A stretch of 64,000 nucleotides of DNA from Nageia nagi. Its lineage: Eukaryota; Plantae; Pinophyta. Position numbers and translations under genes: made by a program. The DNA lies in NCBI GenBank assembly GCA_050084985.1, contig JBITNC010000002.1:37696001-37760000 (forward strand), in the 5' to 3' direction. The first letter of the stretch is position 1. Every line of letters starts with the position of its first letter. Below are positions 39,301 through 52,561 of the stretch, in pieces. Under the pieces are notes generated by a model that was not told where the DNA came from, did no database searches, and worked only from the letters and a program-made list of their open reading frames with translations.

Positions 39301-41599
39301 GTAAATAAAGTGGCAAGTAAGATAAACATCATGACTAGTGAAAATAATATAAACAATACATACAAGGATCATTTGATACATAGTAGTAATCAAAATTTTA
39401 CAAGAAGATAAAACGTAGCATTGTATGTAGGTAAGCTTTAGCCTGTTCTGTTGATTCTGCTTTATATGGTCTCTGGCAAAACAAAGCATCTCGTGATTCA
39501 TACTGCAAAAAATTGGATTCTCTTTTATAAGATGGATCTCCTCACTTGCGTTTTGCATGTTGCATTTCATTAGGAATTGGCACTACTGTTAGGTTTAACT
39601 CTCTTCAAGGGTTTTGGTGTGAAGTATAACCCTGCATTGAAGTGTGGCCAAATAGTCTCTTTGATTGTTTTAAACAAATGGTGCCAGTATGCTTGGGCTC
39701 TTCTCTGATCCAAGTGAAAAGGGTCATCATCAAGTTTCCTTCTGAGATTCTTATAGTTATATTTGTAAAATTTACAATAAATTTCTTCCACGTCCTCTTC
39801 TAGATCAACCATTTTTTATGTGAATTCGTTAAACCGAAAGAGATTCAAAGTATTAAAGAGTAAGGCTTTTTTTTCCCTTTTTAATGCTCTACATCAATTG
39901 ACAGTTGCAATCTTGGGGACTGGTAATTTTAGAGGGTGCACCTTTTGTGTTGGAGGCTTTGCTTTTGTCGAAGTGACTAATTGGGCATGTTGTCTAGGTG
40001 ATCTGTTTGATTTCATCCTCATTCTTTTGTCAAATTGCAAACTTTGGAGGTTGAATTTTGGTAGTTTCAGATGGTTCATTTGTAGTTTGATGACGAATTA
40101 GTAGATTTGTGCAGACAACTAAACTCTTTGGTGCCAAGAATTCCAACCCTTCTTTTTCGATGTTTGTAGCTAGTAGCCTAGAATGGGAAAGAAAAGTTGA
40201 ATTTAGGGGCCTCGAGTATAAGGGCATTGTTCACAATCACATATAATGTGGATAAGACCTTTTACTTTTTTGGTTGACAAATCACCCTTTTACAAAGGTC
40301 TCTTTAGCGTAGTTACTATGATTTAGGGGTATCTTTTTTGTCAAATTCATTTGAGATGGGATTTGCACTCAACCTTGCCTATATTTCACTCATCAAGATT
40401 TGGTATCATGTTCACTTCTACTAGAGGGGGTGAGATTTGAACCGAGGTCTCTCAACTTAAGAGATTTAACAAATCTTTACTCACCAACTCCTCTAGATTT
40501 AAGAGTTTTGACTTTACAGCTAAACTCTCATTCTATAATTGAGGTTTCTTTGATGTGGATGCCTTAACCCACAATTTTTTATACATGTAAATACATCCAC
40601 CATGGCTTGGATAGTTGAACAATGATTTCTCCTTTCAAATTTTAGACAAGTGATAAGTGATGAATTACAAGTGGTGAATTGCGAGTTACACATCCACCTA
40701 GGAAGTATTGAAGTGGCATTCAAACATGCAAGCTTGGGTAACGCCATGCAACATTAGGTAATAATATTATTACTTTTTAATAGTAAATTTTGTTAATAAT
40801 TAATAATTTCTTGTTTTTCTTGGAATATCTATGTATTGTTCAATGTTTTTCTTTATATGAGAAATAATCATTCAAATACTTAATTGATATATATTTACTT
40901 ATGGACAATCTATGATAGGTTTTACAAACCAATGGGTTTAAAAGAATGTTAAAAGACATCTATTTATCTATTTGTTTTATCAATTTATTTTTTATCGAGT
41001 TCCATGTTTTGATGTAATTGAGTTTTGGTGGTTGGTTTTATATTTTCCAAAAAAATAAGTGAAATCAATATGAAGATTTGACATGTTTCTATTATAAAAC
41101 TAAATTATGAACCTTCAACATCCATATTGTTTAAGATTGCGAAAGAAGTTTCTTCTAAGAATGATTGTGAAAGATTTTCTAAGAACGATTGTATTTTGTA
41201 GTAAAGATCAACTTAACATGAACAAAATAAATTAGCAAGAAGCAAAAGATAATTGGTAATAGATAAACAAAAGAAGATATTGAAATGATAAACAAATATG
41301 CTCTTTATTGTAATATTGTGAGTTTCTTCAAGGGGCAGCCTCATTCGAACAAACATAATACAATTCTGCAAGTTAGTTCTTTCCGATGCTTACATGACCT
41401 TTTATAATGTTACATATTCCTTCCCGCACACTATATTCCTTCTCACACATGGCACTTCTTAATATTCCTTATAGCTTAAATATTCCTTACACGTATTTCT
41501 AACACCTACATACTACATAATAATTCATCACCTATCATTATTCTCCTACACATAGTTACTACTAATAACATTACAAGAGTTATAAGGTGGGTGTATAAC

Positions 41600-44500
41600 A
41601 TTTTTAAACTCTAGAAATTGTTGTCAGAGGATGTGAAGTGGTATCCTTTGGTTAAAGTTGTTGCCTTTGAACTAGAACTATTATGATAACGAGGAAGGGG
41701 AGTTGGCAAGTTCGCTGATTAATGATAGCCCTTGGTTAGAGTAGGATGGAGTCTTCATCATCCAATTCTACAAGTGTTGTTTTAATTGCTATGTTCTTGA
41801 GCACCTGTTTAAGACATGACACATGGAATACTAGGTGGATTTTTGAAGTGGAGGTGATTATAATTTGTATGAAATTGCACTAACCATTTGTGTAACTCAA
41901 TAGAACCCATAGAACCTCAAGGTCAACTTGTGATGATCCTTCAACTTGATTGAACTTTATTTGTAGGGTTGAAGGTGAAGAAAAAATGTTTGCAATAATA
42001 AATTATTATTTGGAATGATGCTTGTTAGCTTACTGTGTCATTTTACTTTATTCCAATGTTAAATTGTCCTTCAAAGCCCTAAGTTTTTACCTTTGTTATG
42101 TGAGTGTAGAGTCCACCATATCAATCCTAGAGGTGCTTAGTACATATGGAATTAAGGATGGAGGTGGTTGACCATACAATGCTTCATAAAAGGTAATTTA
42201 GCTAGAGAAATAATGAGATGTATTATACCACCGTTCCGATAAGAGAAGTTAATAACTCCATTTAGATTGTTGCTTAGATGAGAAACATTGAAGGTAATTT
42301 TCCAAGCATTTGTTAATTCCTTTTATTTGCCCATTTGTTTGGGTATGATATGTTTTACTAAGATTCAACTAGATCCCTTACTATTTGAAAAGTTCATGCC
42401 AAAATTTATTAGTAAAGGAAGGGTCTCGATTATTGCCATTTGATTGTAGTATACCATGCAACTTGAAGATTTGGTCTACAAATAAGTGGATGGAATTTTT
42501 GGCCATGTAGGGATGAATTAATACACATAGATGTGCATGCTTGGTAAGTTTATTCACAAATACCAAAATGATTTATTTATTTGAAGAATTGGGTAGTGTT
42601 TCTATAAACTCCATTGAGATATTTGACCTAGAAGTCTTTGGTACAGAGAGGGGTTGTTGAAGACATGGAGATTTAAATGTTTCCCCATTATGTCATTAAC
42701 ACATATCACAAGCATCTACAAAATACTTAATAAATTTCTTTATTCCTTCCCAAAAGAAGATTCATTTGACTTGAGTATAGGTATGAAGAAAACATGAATG
42801 TCCTCTAACTAGTGTTGAGTTTAGTTCATGTAGTAGGTAGGATGGAATGCTTGATTGATATGGAATGGTCAAGCAATTCTTATATTTCAACAATTCCTCT
42901 AACAAGTGTGGTGTTTATACGATGTAGGGTTAACATCAAGTTCTTGAATGAGTTTAGAGATATTGGAATCATGATGCCATTCACTTTGAACCTACTCAAT
43001 CTAATATGTGTACAAAAGGGAAAAGTGGATAAAAGGTGTTCGTGACTTCAAGTAGTCTAGATAGAGGATCAATTGCCAAAATTTCTTTTCCCTTATTTTA
43101 GGTGATCTCATAGTTATAGCCTAAGAGTTTAATAACTCATTTGTTTTGTTCAAGCAAAGAGACCTATTGTTTTAAGGACTTGAGATTATTACGATCTATC
43201 TTAATACAAAATGCCTCCCTAGTAAATATGATTCCCAATGTTGTTTTTCATGGACAATAACCAATTATTATAGGTTGCATTGGTTGAGTTCTTACCGATC
43301 AAACCCTTTCTATTATATGCAATGGGTCATCATTCTTGCATAAGTATTGTCCCAATTCCTACACCTAAAGTATCACACTCTATGGTGAAATCCTACATAA
43401 CCAAGATTAAGTTGGTACACATTGCATGCTTGAGATGGTCAAAGGTATGAACTGCTACATCCATCCATTGAAACAAGTTCTTACAAAGCACAACAATAAA
43501 TTGTATCATAATGTTTCCATAATTTTTAATAAATTTATTGTAGTAGGCTATCAATCGAAGGAATCCTTGTAGGCATTTTAATGTGTTGGATGGTAGCTAA
43601 TTTACCATTATTTCGATCTTTTTTGGATCAACTTGAACATCTTGTGAGATAATGTGACCCAAATATTCCACCTTAGATACACTAAATACACATTTAGATT
43701 TCTTCATAGATTAGTGATCCTCGACTAATTTTCACATCAACATGGTATGTTGAAGATGGTCCTTTCAAGATTTACTATAGATGAAAATATCATCAAAGAA
43801 CAACAATACACACTTTTTGAGGTAGAATTGGAGTATGTGGTTCATGAGGCTTTAGACAATGGATGGTGCATTTGTAAGGCCAAACAACATAGCCATGAAC
43901 TCATAGTGACCAAAGTTTGAAAGGTAGTTTTGGGGATGTTTGCCTAATGCATTCAAATTTGATGATAACTCGATTGAAGATCCAATTTAGTGATTTTTTT
44001 CCCCATACAATTGATCCAACAAATCATCAAGAATTAAAATAGGGAATTTATTGTTGAAATGATCTTGTGGAGTTCATGAAAATCCATGCACATTCACGTA
44101 GAGCCATCCTTTTTAACTAACAAAACTAGGGAACAAATGCAATTGACATTTGGTTGGGGAAACCTTATATCTAATAACTCTTTTATCATTTTTTAAATTT
44201 CATTCTTTTATTAGTAGGGATACTTATAAGGGTGAATGTTTGGAGAGGAGCTACTAGGGATTAGTGGGATCATCTAATCTTGCTACCAAGATAGGGATAA
44301 TGTTGTGGGTTCTTCAATGATTACACTGAATTTCTCTAGCACTTATTGCATATCTGTAATAGTGTATGCTCTTATTGAAGAAGATAATTCTTTATGATAA
44401 AATCATTCTACAACTACATATTGATTGTTCTTTGATAATTCTTCATTCTATAGAAGATGATGATTTGTATGGGTCCTTCATCTAAGACTTTTAGATTGTG

Positions 44501-44820
44501 AGTTTTCCTACTAATAGTGAATTTTATAAAGAGAGGTGAGAAATCGCATAAAATAATTCCTAAGTTCTATAGCCATTGACACCTTAGTACTGCATTACAT
44601 CCTCCCAATTGAAGAGAATACATGTTAATTTGTATCTTGAAATCATGAAGGGTTAAGTTAACATTTATGCAACATCCATTGTAAGGTAACTTGCCTCTAT
44701 TAGTGACCATTACTTCAAAATTATTGCAATTATGAATGAATCAATCAACTTGATTGACCATATTGATAGTAACAAAGTTGTGAGCATTATCAATGTTTTG
44801 AATAATAAAAAACCTATCCC
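41600..44820 (-). mobile_element. Highly decayed Ty3/gypsy pol (PR-RT-RH-INT)
   Basis: LLVKKDG, YEFMAMLFGLTNAP and VLLFFDDIF RT remnants, and integrase VFVNKLTKHAH...RDPSFTNKFW. Many stops. A possible LTR remnant lies at about 41128-41600. Confidence 0.8.
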
Positions 44821-46720
44821 TTAGGTCTTCTATCATCAATGTTGCAATTGGGTTGTGGAATAGTCTTGATGAGTTTTTGATTGCCTAGAGGGGGCCTACC
44901 TCTTTGATAGACTTTCATGTAGATCCATTTGATACTAAGTGTAGTATTCTCTTCATCAAGGATGAGTTGTTTAGTCTCTAAGATATTGGGAAGGACACAC
45001 TCATTAAATGTGACTTCAAGATTGAATTTCATGTGAATGATATTAGAAATGCAAGGTTTTTGAATGATAAGTATGCTTTTATTTTTTTTAATACAACTTT
45101 GGATGCCTCCTTGGATTTATTATAGAATTGCAAACGATGATATCTAAGAAGATTGTGGGTTCCCTTTGTTGGATTATGATGATCCTTGGATCTAAACTTT
45201 GGACTTCACCCCAAATAATATTGTTGGGTGTTTGATTTATAAAATTGTATTTATCCTTGTCTTGGAAACACCATGAAGAACACCAAAGCTTATTTTAGAC
45301 AATTTCGAAAGTTTGATAGATGCCTATGAAGTTTTTTACTATATAACTAAATGAGACATCTTCTCATGGAATATAATAACTTTAGATAATACTTTTAGGT
45401 TACCAAAGATATGGATTTTCTTGACAAGCATTGACACTATTTCACTAAATGCAATAACAGAGCTTTATTTTCTACTTGTTATATCTAGATAAAAAGGAAT
45501 CACAACAAAGCTTCATATTCCTATACGTTGTCTACCCCACTTTTGTTTATACAATTTTGGATGTACCTTTAGTTGTATATTTGATAATGTCGCAAATGTA
45601 TACAATATATAGTTTGATAATGTAAAAGGTTGAGAGACCCTTTCAAAACTCTATTTTTTTATTAATATCAATTCACTTGATTTTAATAAAAAATTATGAG
45701 AGAAGAAATTTAACTATTGAACTACTCTTTTACAAGTGCATTGTCTTGTCAAGTTATTATCATCATTACATGTTGTAATTAGATAAAGTTATTATTACAC
45801 CAAGAGGCATAATGACAATGGCAATCAAGGGGATGGGGGGTGGAGAGCCAAAATGTCCCTCTGTTTATATGTCCGTCATCAACAATCGACTCTATTAATT
45901 ATTTTAAATATAAATTAAATAATATACCAACATAACTATATTAAATTGTTACTTTATTAAATTTATACATTGATTATTTAAAAATTTTAATATACATTTG
46001 TTGTAAACATTAGTTTCTAAATTATTATATTATAAACAATGAAATAGTTTATAATAAATATTATTGATAATACTATAATTTTAGGAAATAGTTTCTAAAT
46101 TATTCAAAAATGATATCTTTAGGCTTTTTTGATATATACAAAGGATTATATCAAAGCTAGTTTAGAAACTATTTCTAAAAGTTTTGTTGGTCTACATTGG
46201 TCAAAGGTTATTTTGTTGATCATCATATAGATCATTTAATATGGCACTTGGATCAATGTAGGATTTACTAGGTCAAGCAAGGTAAAATTTTGGAAGCATG
46301 TAAAAAAGGATGAACAATTATTTGCTCAACAATAAAAGAAGTAATCATATGGAAGATAAGCTTGCATCTTTTAAAAATATTTATACTCTTTAGAATTTGA
46401 GTACAGGCTTATGGAAGCTTTATTATCTTCCATATATGGGGTTTCCTATAATGCCATTGTTCAATTGGTGAACTACATTTTAATTGGAGGAAACAAGAAT
46501 ATTTTTAGCATTAAACATTAATTTACTATGACCAAATGCATTTTTTCATTAATAATTTCATATAACTTGGAGATGTATTTGTTTATGTTAATACAAAATA
46601 TTTGCAAATGTTGTAAGATTTATTTTAGATATCAGTAATAACAAAAACCTTTGAAGAGATTTTTCATCTTGATGATTTGTTGGAAAATATTATCAAAAAA
46701 TTATTTTGTCTTCATTATTT

Positions 46721-47313
46721 TGATGCACCGTAAAACGTTCATAACTTTTGATCCGACTGTCGGATCGTCTTGAAATTTTGAGGAGAGCTAGATATGGGTT
46801 TTTATCATGCGATGGCAACCTCCTACGGGAGGCATGCATCCAAACAGAAAGTTTTCCGATTGACCTAAATCCATAGTTTAGTGCCTCAAAATTAGCTTTT
46901 AGTGTCAGTTTTCAGGATTTTTCAATAAGTAGACTTTAATATCTTTTGTTGTAAGAGTCTGTTTAAGATAATAAGTGACAGTTCCTTTAGTCCTTGTTAA
47001 CTGAGCTTGCACGCCCAGTTTGGCCATGATCTGAGGACCTTTCTATTTTTAGAAAGTTTCCATTTGTCTATTTTTAGAAAGTTTCTATTTTTAGTAAGTG
47101 CTAGTTTTCAGATGGTTCATGATTTTCTGGAAGTGCAAGTTTTCTCTTGGCTATATGAGCTATTGTAATGGACCTGAAAAAAGGTAGTGCAGATTCAGAA
47201 GAATAAAATAAAGTGTGTGTTAAAAAAAAGGTTATTCTTCCATTGGTTTGCTTGCTATGTAAATCAATTACCTTTTGGAGATTTATTTGGATCTTCTAAG
47301 GGAATCTGCACCA
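46721..47313 (+). repeat. 5' LTR of the full-length CRM element
   Basis: TGATGCA...GCACCA, about 22 mismatches to the 3' LTR. Confidence 0.95.
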
Positions 47314-47315
47314 TT

Positions 47316-47327
47316 TGGTATCAGAGC
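47316..47327 (+). promoter_or_regulatory. Primer binding site (tRNA-iMet)
   Basis: TGGTATCAGAGC, 2 nt after the 5' LTR. Confidence 0.95.
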
Positions 47328-47381
47328 GGGTGTGATCTCGTTGGGGGAAAAATAGGAAAGAAAAAAAAATTGAAGAAGAAG

Positions 47382-50300
47382 ATGCCACCTAGGAGAGGAG
47401 GCAGAGCACCTAGAGGTGCCTATACTCAAATGAATAGGTAGATCGAGGATCTACGGGCCCAAATAATAGGACTAACTGGTGCAATTGAGCGCATGACAGA
47501 GAGAAGTATGAATGCCCATCCAGATCCAAGATTTGATGGTGAAAGTACAGCTGATGAAGTTGGATCTGAGGTTCAGACAGATGCAGAACAAGAAGACCTA
47601 ATGGGAGATGGTCAACGTTTTGAGAATCGATTGATACGGGCTCTAGAAGGGCTTAAAGGAAATAATGTAGGGATCAAAATCGAGATTCCTGAGTATGCTG
47701 GTGGATTAAAACCAAGGGAGTTGATCGATTGGATCAATAGCCTAGAAAAATATTTTGAATGGAGTAACATTGCTGAAGAAAAGAAGGTAAAGCTTGCATG
47801 CACGAAGTTGAAGGGACATGCATTAATTTGGTGGGATCACCTATAGAATACACGATAAAGGGATGGCAAGGATAAGATCAGAGATTGGGCTAAAATGAAG
47901 AAGAAGCTAGAAGGAAAATTTGTACCTATGGACTACTCCTAGACCTTATTTCGACAATTCCAAAATTTGTGACAAAAGGAACGAAGCATTGAGGACTACA
48001 CTAATGACTTTTATAAGCTTTCCATTCGAATAGAACCTAATGAAATAGAGGAGCAAAAGGCTGCAAGATACGTAAATGGTCTGAGCTTTGTTATTCAAGA
48101 TGAAATTAACATGCATCGTACTCCTACTGTGGAGGATGCATATCAAATAGCCCTCAAGGTTGAGGAAAAATTGAGAAGGACCAATCAAGGAGGAAAGAAG
48201 GGATTCACACCTTCGAATCGGGGGTGAGGAGGATCTAATGTCTCCAAGGGAGAATCCTTTGTACCCACTAAACAAGAAGAGGTAAACCAAAGTCAGAGAG
48301 GAAGGGGATACCTTAGAGGAAGAGGTAATGGAGGGGGACGATCTACTACTGGCACATGGAAACCATTCATTTGTTATAGATGTCATGAAGAAGGTCACAA
48401 GGCATCTGAATATCCCACATATGATGCTGAAGAGAGGGGAAATGCTAGGGTTGCTCTAGTTGAAGAAGAAGAAGAGGTCGAAATAGAAGTTTCTGCAGAT
48501 ATGGGTGAGACCTGATGATAAGAAGGACCCTGATTGTTCCAAGGGAGGAGAACATGCAAGTTGAGGATAGTGGTAATTGTTGGTTACGTACCAATATATT
48601 TCATACAAGATGCATAACAGGAGGAAAGGTATGTAACATAGTAATTGATGGTGGTAGTTGTGAAAACATGGTTTCTACTGTAATGGTTGATAAGTTGAAA
48701 CTCAAATGTCAAAAGCACCCATGTCCATATCATGTTTCATGGATCAAGAAGGGAAATGAGGTAACTATTGATAAGAGGTGTCTAGTAAAGTTTTCCATTG
48801 GGGATACTTATAAAGATGAGGTATGGTGTGATGTAATTCCCATGGATGCATGTCATATATTATTGGGGAGACCATAGCAGTTTGACAAGAAGACTCATCA
48901 TGATGGAAGTAAGAAAATTTACACATTTTGGAAAGATGGTGTAAAGGTGGTTCTTTTACCCCTTAAGGAAGAAGCCCAAGGACACAACCTTTTGACTGCA
49001 AAAAGATTTCTCACAAAAACACGTGAAGTTGGTTGGTGTTATGCGTTAACTACACAAAAGGCAAAAATAAGGGAGATCCTCATACCACCTGTAGTGAGGA
49101 AGTTGCTAAAGGAATATGCAGATGTCCTACCAAAAGAATTGCCAAATGGACTACCACCAAAGAGGGATATACAGCACCATATTGATTTAATCCCAGGATC
49201 ATCTCTTCCCAATCAAGCAGCCTATCGGTTGAGCCCAACACAGAATGCTGAAATGAATAAACAAGTAACAGAATTGATACAGAAGGGACTGGTTAGGGAG
49301 AGCATGATTCCTTGTGCAACTCCTGCACTTTTGACTCCCAAGAAGGATGGCTCATGGCGGATGTGTGTTGATAGCAGGGCCATAAACAAGATCACCATAA
49401 GATATAGATTTTCGATGCCAAGGATTGACGATATGTTGGATGCTTTAGCTGGCTCTAATTACTTTAGTAAGATTGACCTGAGGAGTGGTTATTACCAGAT
49501 TTGAATTCGAGAGGGTGATGAATGGAAGATAGCTTTTAAGACTCAAGATGGATTATACGAATGGATGATGATGCCATTTGGGTTATCCAATGCACCAAGT
49601 ACCTTCATGAGGTTGATGAATAGAGTGCTATGGGAATACAGTGGTAAGTTTCTAGTGGTTTACTTTGATGATATCTTGATTTTTAGTAAGAATGCAGAAG
49701 ATCACATGCTTCACTTAAGGCTGGTATTAGATTTGTTAAGAAAGGAGAAATTGTATGCCAATCTTAAGAAGTGTAGCTTCCTGCAAGAGAGCTTAGTATT
49801 TTTGGGGTTTGTAGTTTCAAGAGATGGCCTCAAAATGGATGAAGAAAAGGTGAGGACAATCATTGAGTGGCCTGTCCCAAGAAATGTAGCAGAGGTACGA
49901 AGTTTCCATGGATTAGCAACTTTCTATAGGAAATTCATTAGGAATTTTAGTAGCATTGCTGCCCCTATCACAGAATGCATGAAGGGGAGGGAATTTATAT
50001 GGACAGAGGAAGCAGCAAAGAGTTTTAAGCTTTTGAAAAGGAAGGTAACAACAGCACCTGTCTTAGTGTTACCAGATTTTGAAAAGCTATTTGAGGTTGA
50101 TTATGATGCCTCACATATTGGGATTGGAGCTGTGTTGAGCCAAGGAGGAAGACCAGTAGCATTCTTCAGTGAGAAATTGGATGAGGTAAGGAAGAACTAC
50201 TCCACTTATGATGTCAAATTTTATGCTATTGTACAAGCACTAAGATATTGGCCTCATTACCTGCTGTCCAAGGAGTTTGTGCTTTTTACTGACCATGAAG

Positions 50301-51981
50301 CGTTACGGTATGTCAATTCCCAAAAGAAAGTGGATAAAAGGCATGCAAAGTGGGTATCATTTTTGCAAGAGTATGAATTCACTTTGAAGCATAAATCAGG
50401 AAAATAGAATAAGGTGGCTGATGCACTGAGTAGGAAATCATTATTTCTGACAACCATGGAAAATGTAGTGGTTGGATTTGAGGGTATCAAAGATATGTAT
50501 GAAGATGATGCTGATTTTGGACCGATGATGCAACAGTTTAAGAATCCAACCTTTGGTCAGAGTGGTAACATTCTTTCAGAATACAGTATACAGGATGGTT
50601 ACTTATTTAGAGGCACACAATTATGTATTCCAATTGGTTCTATGAGGGAGAATATTTTGAGGGAGCTTCATAATGGAGGTCTGGCAGGACACTTTAGGAT
50701 AGATAAGACATTGGTGCTTGTTGCAGAAAAGTACTATTGGCCAAAGCTAAGGAGAGATGTGATCAGATTTGTCAATCAATGCAGGATATGTCAAATGGCA
50801 AAGGGCCATGCCCAAAATATCAGCTTGTATATGCCCTTACCTATTTCGACGGGAGCATGGGTCGACTTAAGCATGGACTTGGTGTTGGGATTACCACGTA
50901 CTCAACGAGGTAAGGACTCCATCTTTGTTGTTCTTGATAGGTTCTCTAAGATGGCCCATTTCATTGCATGTCAGAAGACAGAGGATGCCACTAGTGTCGC
51001 AGTTCTATTTTTTGATGGAATTGTTAGGTTGCATGGTGTTCCAAAATCCATTACCTCAGATCGAGATGTCAAATTCTTGAGCCATTTCTGAGAACATTAT
51101 GGAAAAAGTTGGGTACACAATTACAGTTCAGCAGTGCTTATCATCCACAAACTGATGGCCAGATCGAGGTTGTAAATCGTAGCTTGGGAAATTTGTTAAG
51201 GTGTATAGTTGGTGCAAAACCAAAGCAATGGGATAGAGCATTAGCATAATCAAAATTTGCATATAATAGTTCAGTGAATCGTTCAACAGGGAAATCACCT
51301 TTCCAAATTATTTATGGCCAAAATCCCAAGGGTGTCCTTGACTTAGTTGAATTACCAATCACAGACACTATTAGTGATAATGCAGAGGCATTTGCAGAGC
51401 ACATACACCAACTACAGGAGGAGGTTCAGGCACAATTGCAAGAGAATAATAGTAAGTATAAAGCAGCAGCAGATGCACATAGGAGAGAAAAGATTTTTCA
51501 GGAGGGCGACTTAGTGATGGTCCACCTTCGTAAGGAGAGGTTTCCCAAAGGCACCTATAATAATTTGAAGCTAAAGAAGATTGGTCCATGTAGGATTCTT
51601 GAGAAAAGGAACAACAATGCATATAAGGTGGGATTGCCAGATAATTTAGATATTTCTGCTATTTTTAATGTCTCTGATTTATATGCTTTCCATGGTGATG
51701 ATGAAGATGTTGAGGCTACAACTCCAATACAATGGGAGCAATAAGTTCCTAAGAAAAAGAAGGAGCACATTACACAGATCCTTGATCAGACAGTGTTCAA
51801 CACTCGACATGGGAGCTATACCAAGTACCTGGTACAATGGGAAGGGCTATCAACAGCGGATAATACATGGGTTTCAGAGGGGGAAGTAAAGAGGATTGCT
51901 AATGATAAACTTCAAGAATTTTGATAGCAGAACTCGCAGGAGCAGAGTTTCTTTCAACCAGAGGAGAATGATGCATCGTAA
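47382..51981 (+). pseudogene. Disrupted gag-pol polyprotein of the CRM element
   Basis: Starts MPPRRGG. RT YFDD, RNase H, integrase zinc finger and core, and chromodomain YLVQWEG. More than 10 in-frame stops plus frameshifts. The ORF ends inside the 3' LTR. Confidence 0.93.
51956..51968 (+). promoter_or_regulatory. Polypurine tract
   Basis: AACCAGAGGAGAA immediately before the 3' LTR. Confidence 0.8.
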
Positions 51982-52561
51982 AACGTTCATAACTTTTGAT
52001 CCGACGATCGGATCGTCTTGAAATTTTGAGGAGAGCTAGATATGGGTGTTTATCATGTGATGGCAACCTCCTACGGGAGGCATGCATCCAAATGAAAAGT
52101 TTTTTGATTGACCTAAATCCATCGTTTAGTGCCTCAAAATTAGCTTTTAGTGTCAGTTTTCAAGATTTTTCAATAAGTAGACTTTAATATCTTTTGTTGT
52201 AAGAGTCTGTTTAAGATAATAAGTGACAGTTCCTTTAGTCCTTGTTAACTGAGCTTGCACGCCCAGTTTGGCCATGATCTGAGGACCTTTCTATTTTTAG
52301 AAAGTTTCCATTTATCTATTTTTAGAAAGTTTCTATTTTTAGTAAGTGCTAGTTTTCAGACGGTTCGTGATTTTCTAGAAGTGCAAGTTTTCTCTTGGCT
52401 ATATGAGCTATTGTAATGGACCTGAAAAAAGGTGGTGCAGATTCAAAAGAATAAAATAAAGTGTGTGTTAAAAAAAGGGTTATTCTTCCATTGGTTTGCT
52501 TGTTGTGTAAATCAATTACCTTTTAGAGATTTATTTGGATCTTCTAAGGGAATCTGCACCA
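51969..52561 (+). repeat. 3' LTR of the full-length CRM element
   Basis: Direct repeat of 46721-47313, followed by the TSD TATTT. Confidence 0.95.

Larger units (their letters stand above)
46721..52561 (+). mobile_element. Full-length Ty3/gypsy chromovirus, CRM clade, inactivated
   Basis: 593-bp TG..CA LTRs, TSD TATTT, iMet PBS and PPT. Domain order gag-PR-RT-RH-INT-chromodomain. CRM-type protease region IFHTRC...IDGGSCEN...ACHILLGRP. Confidence 0.95.
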
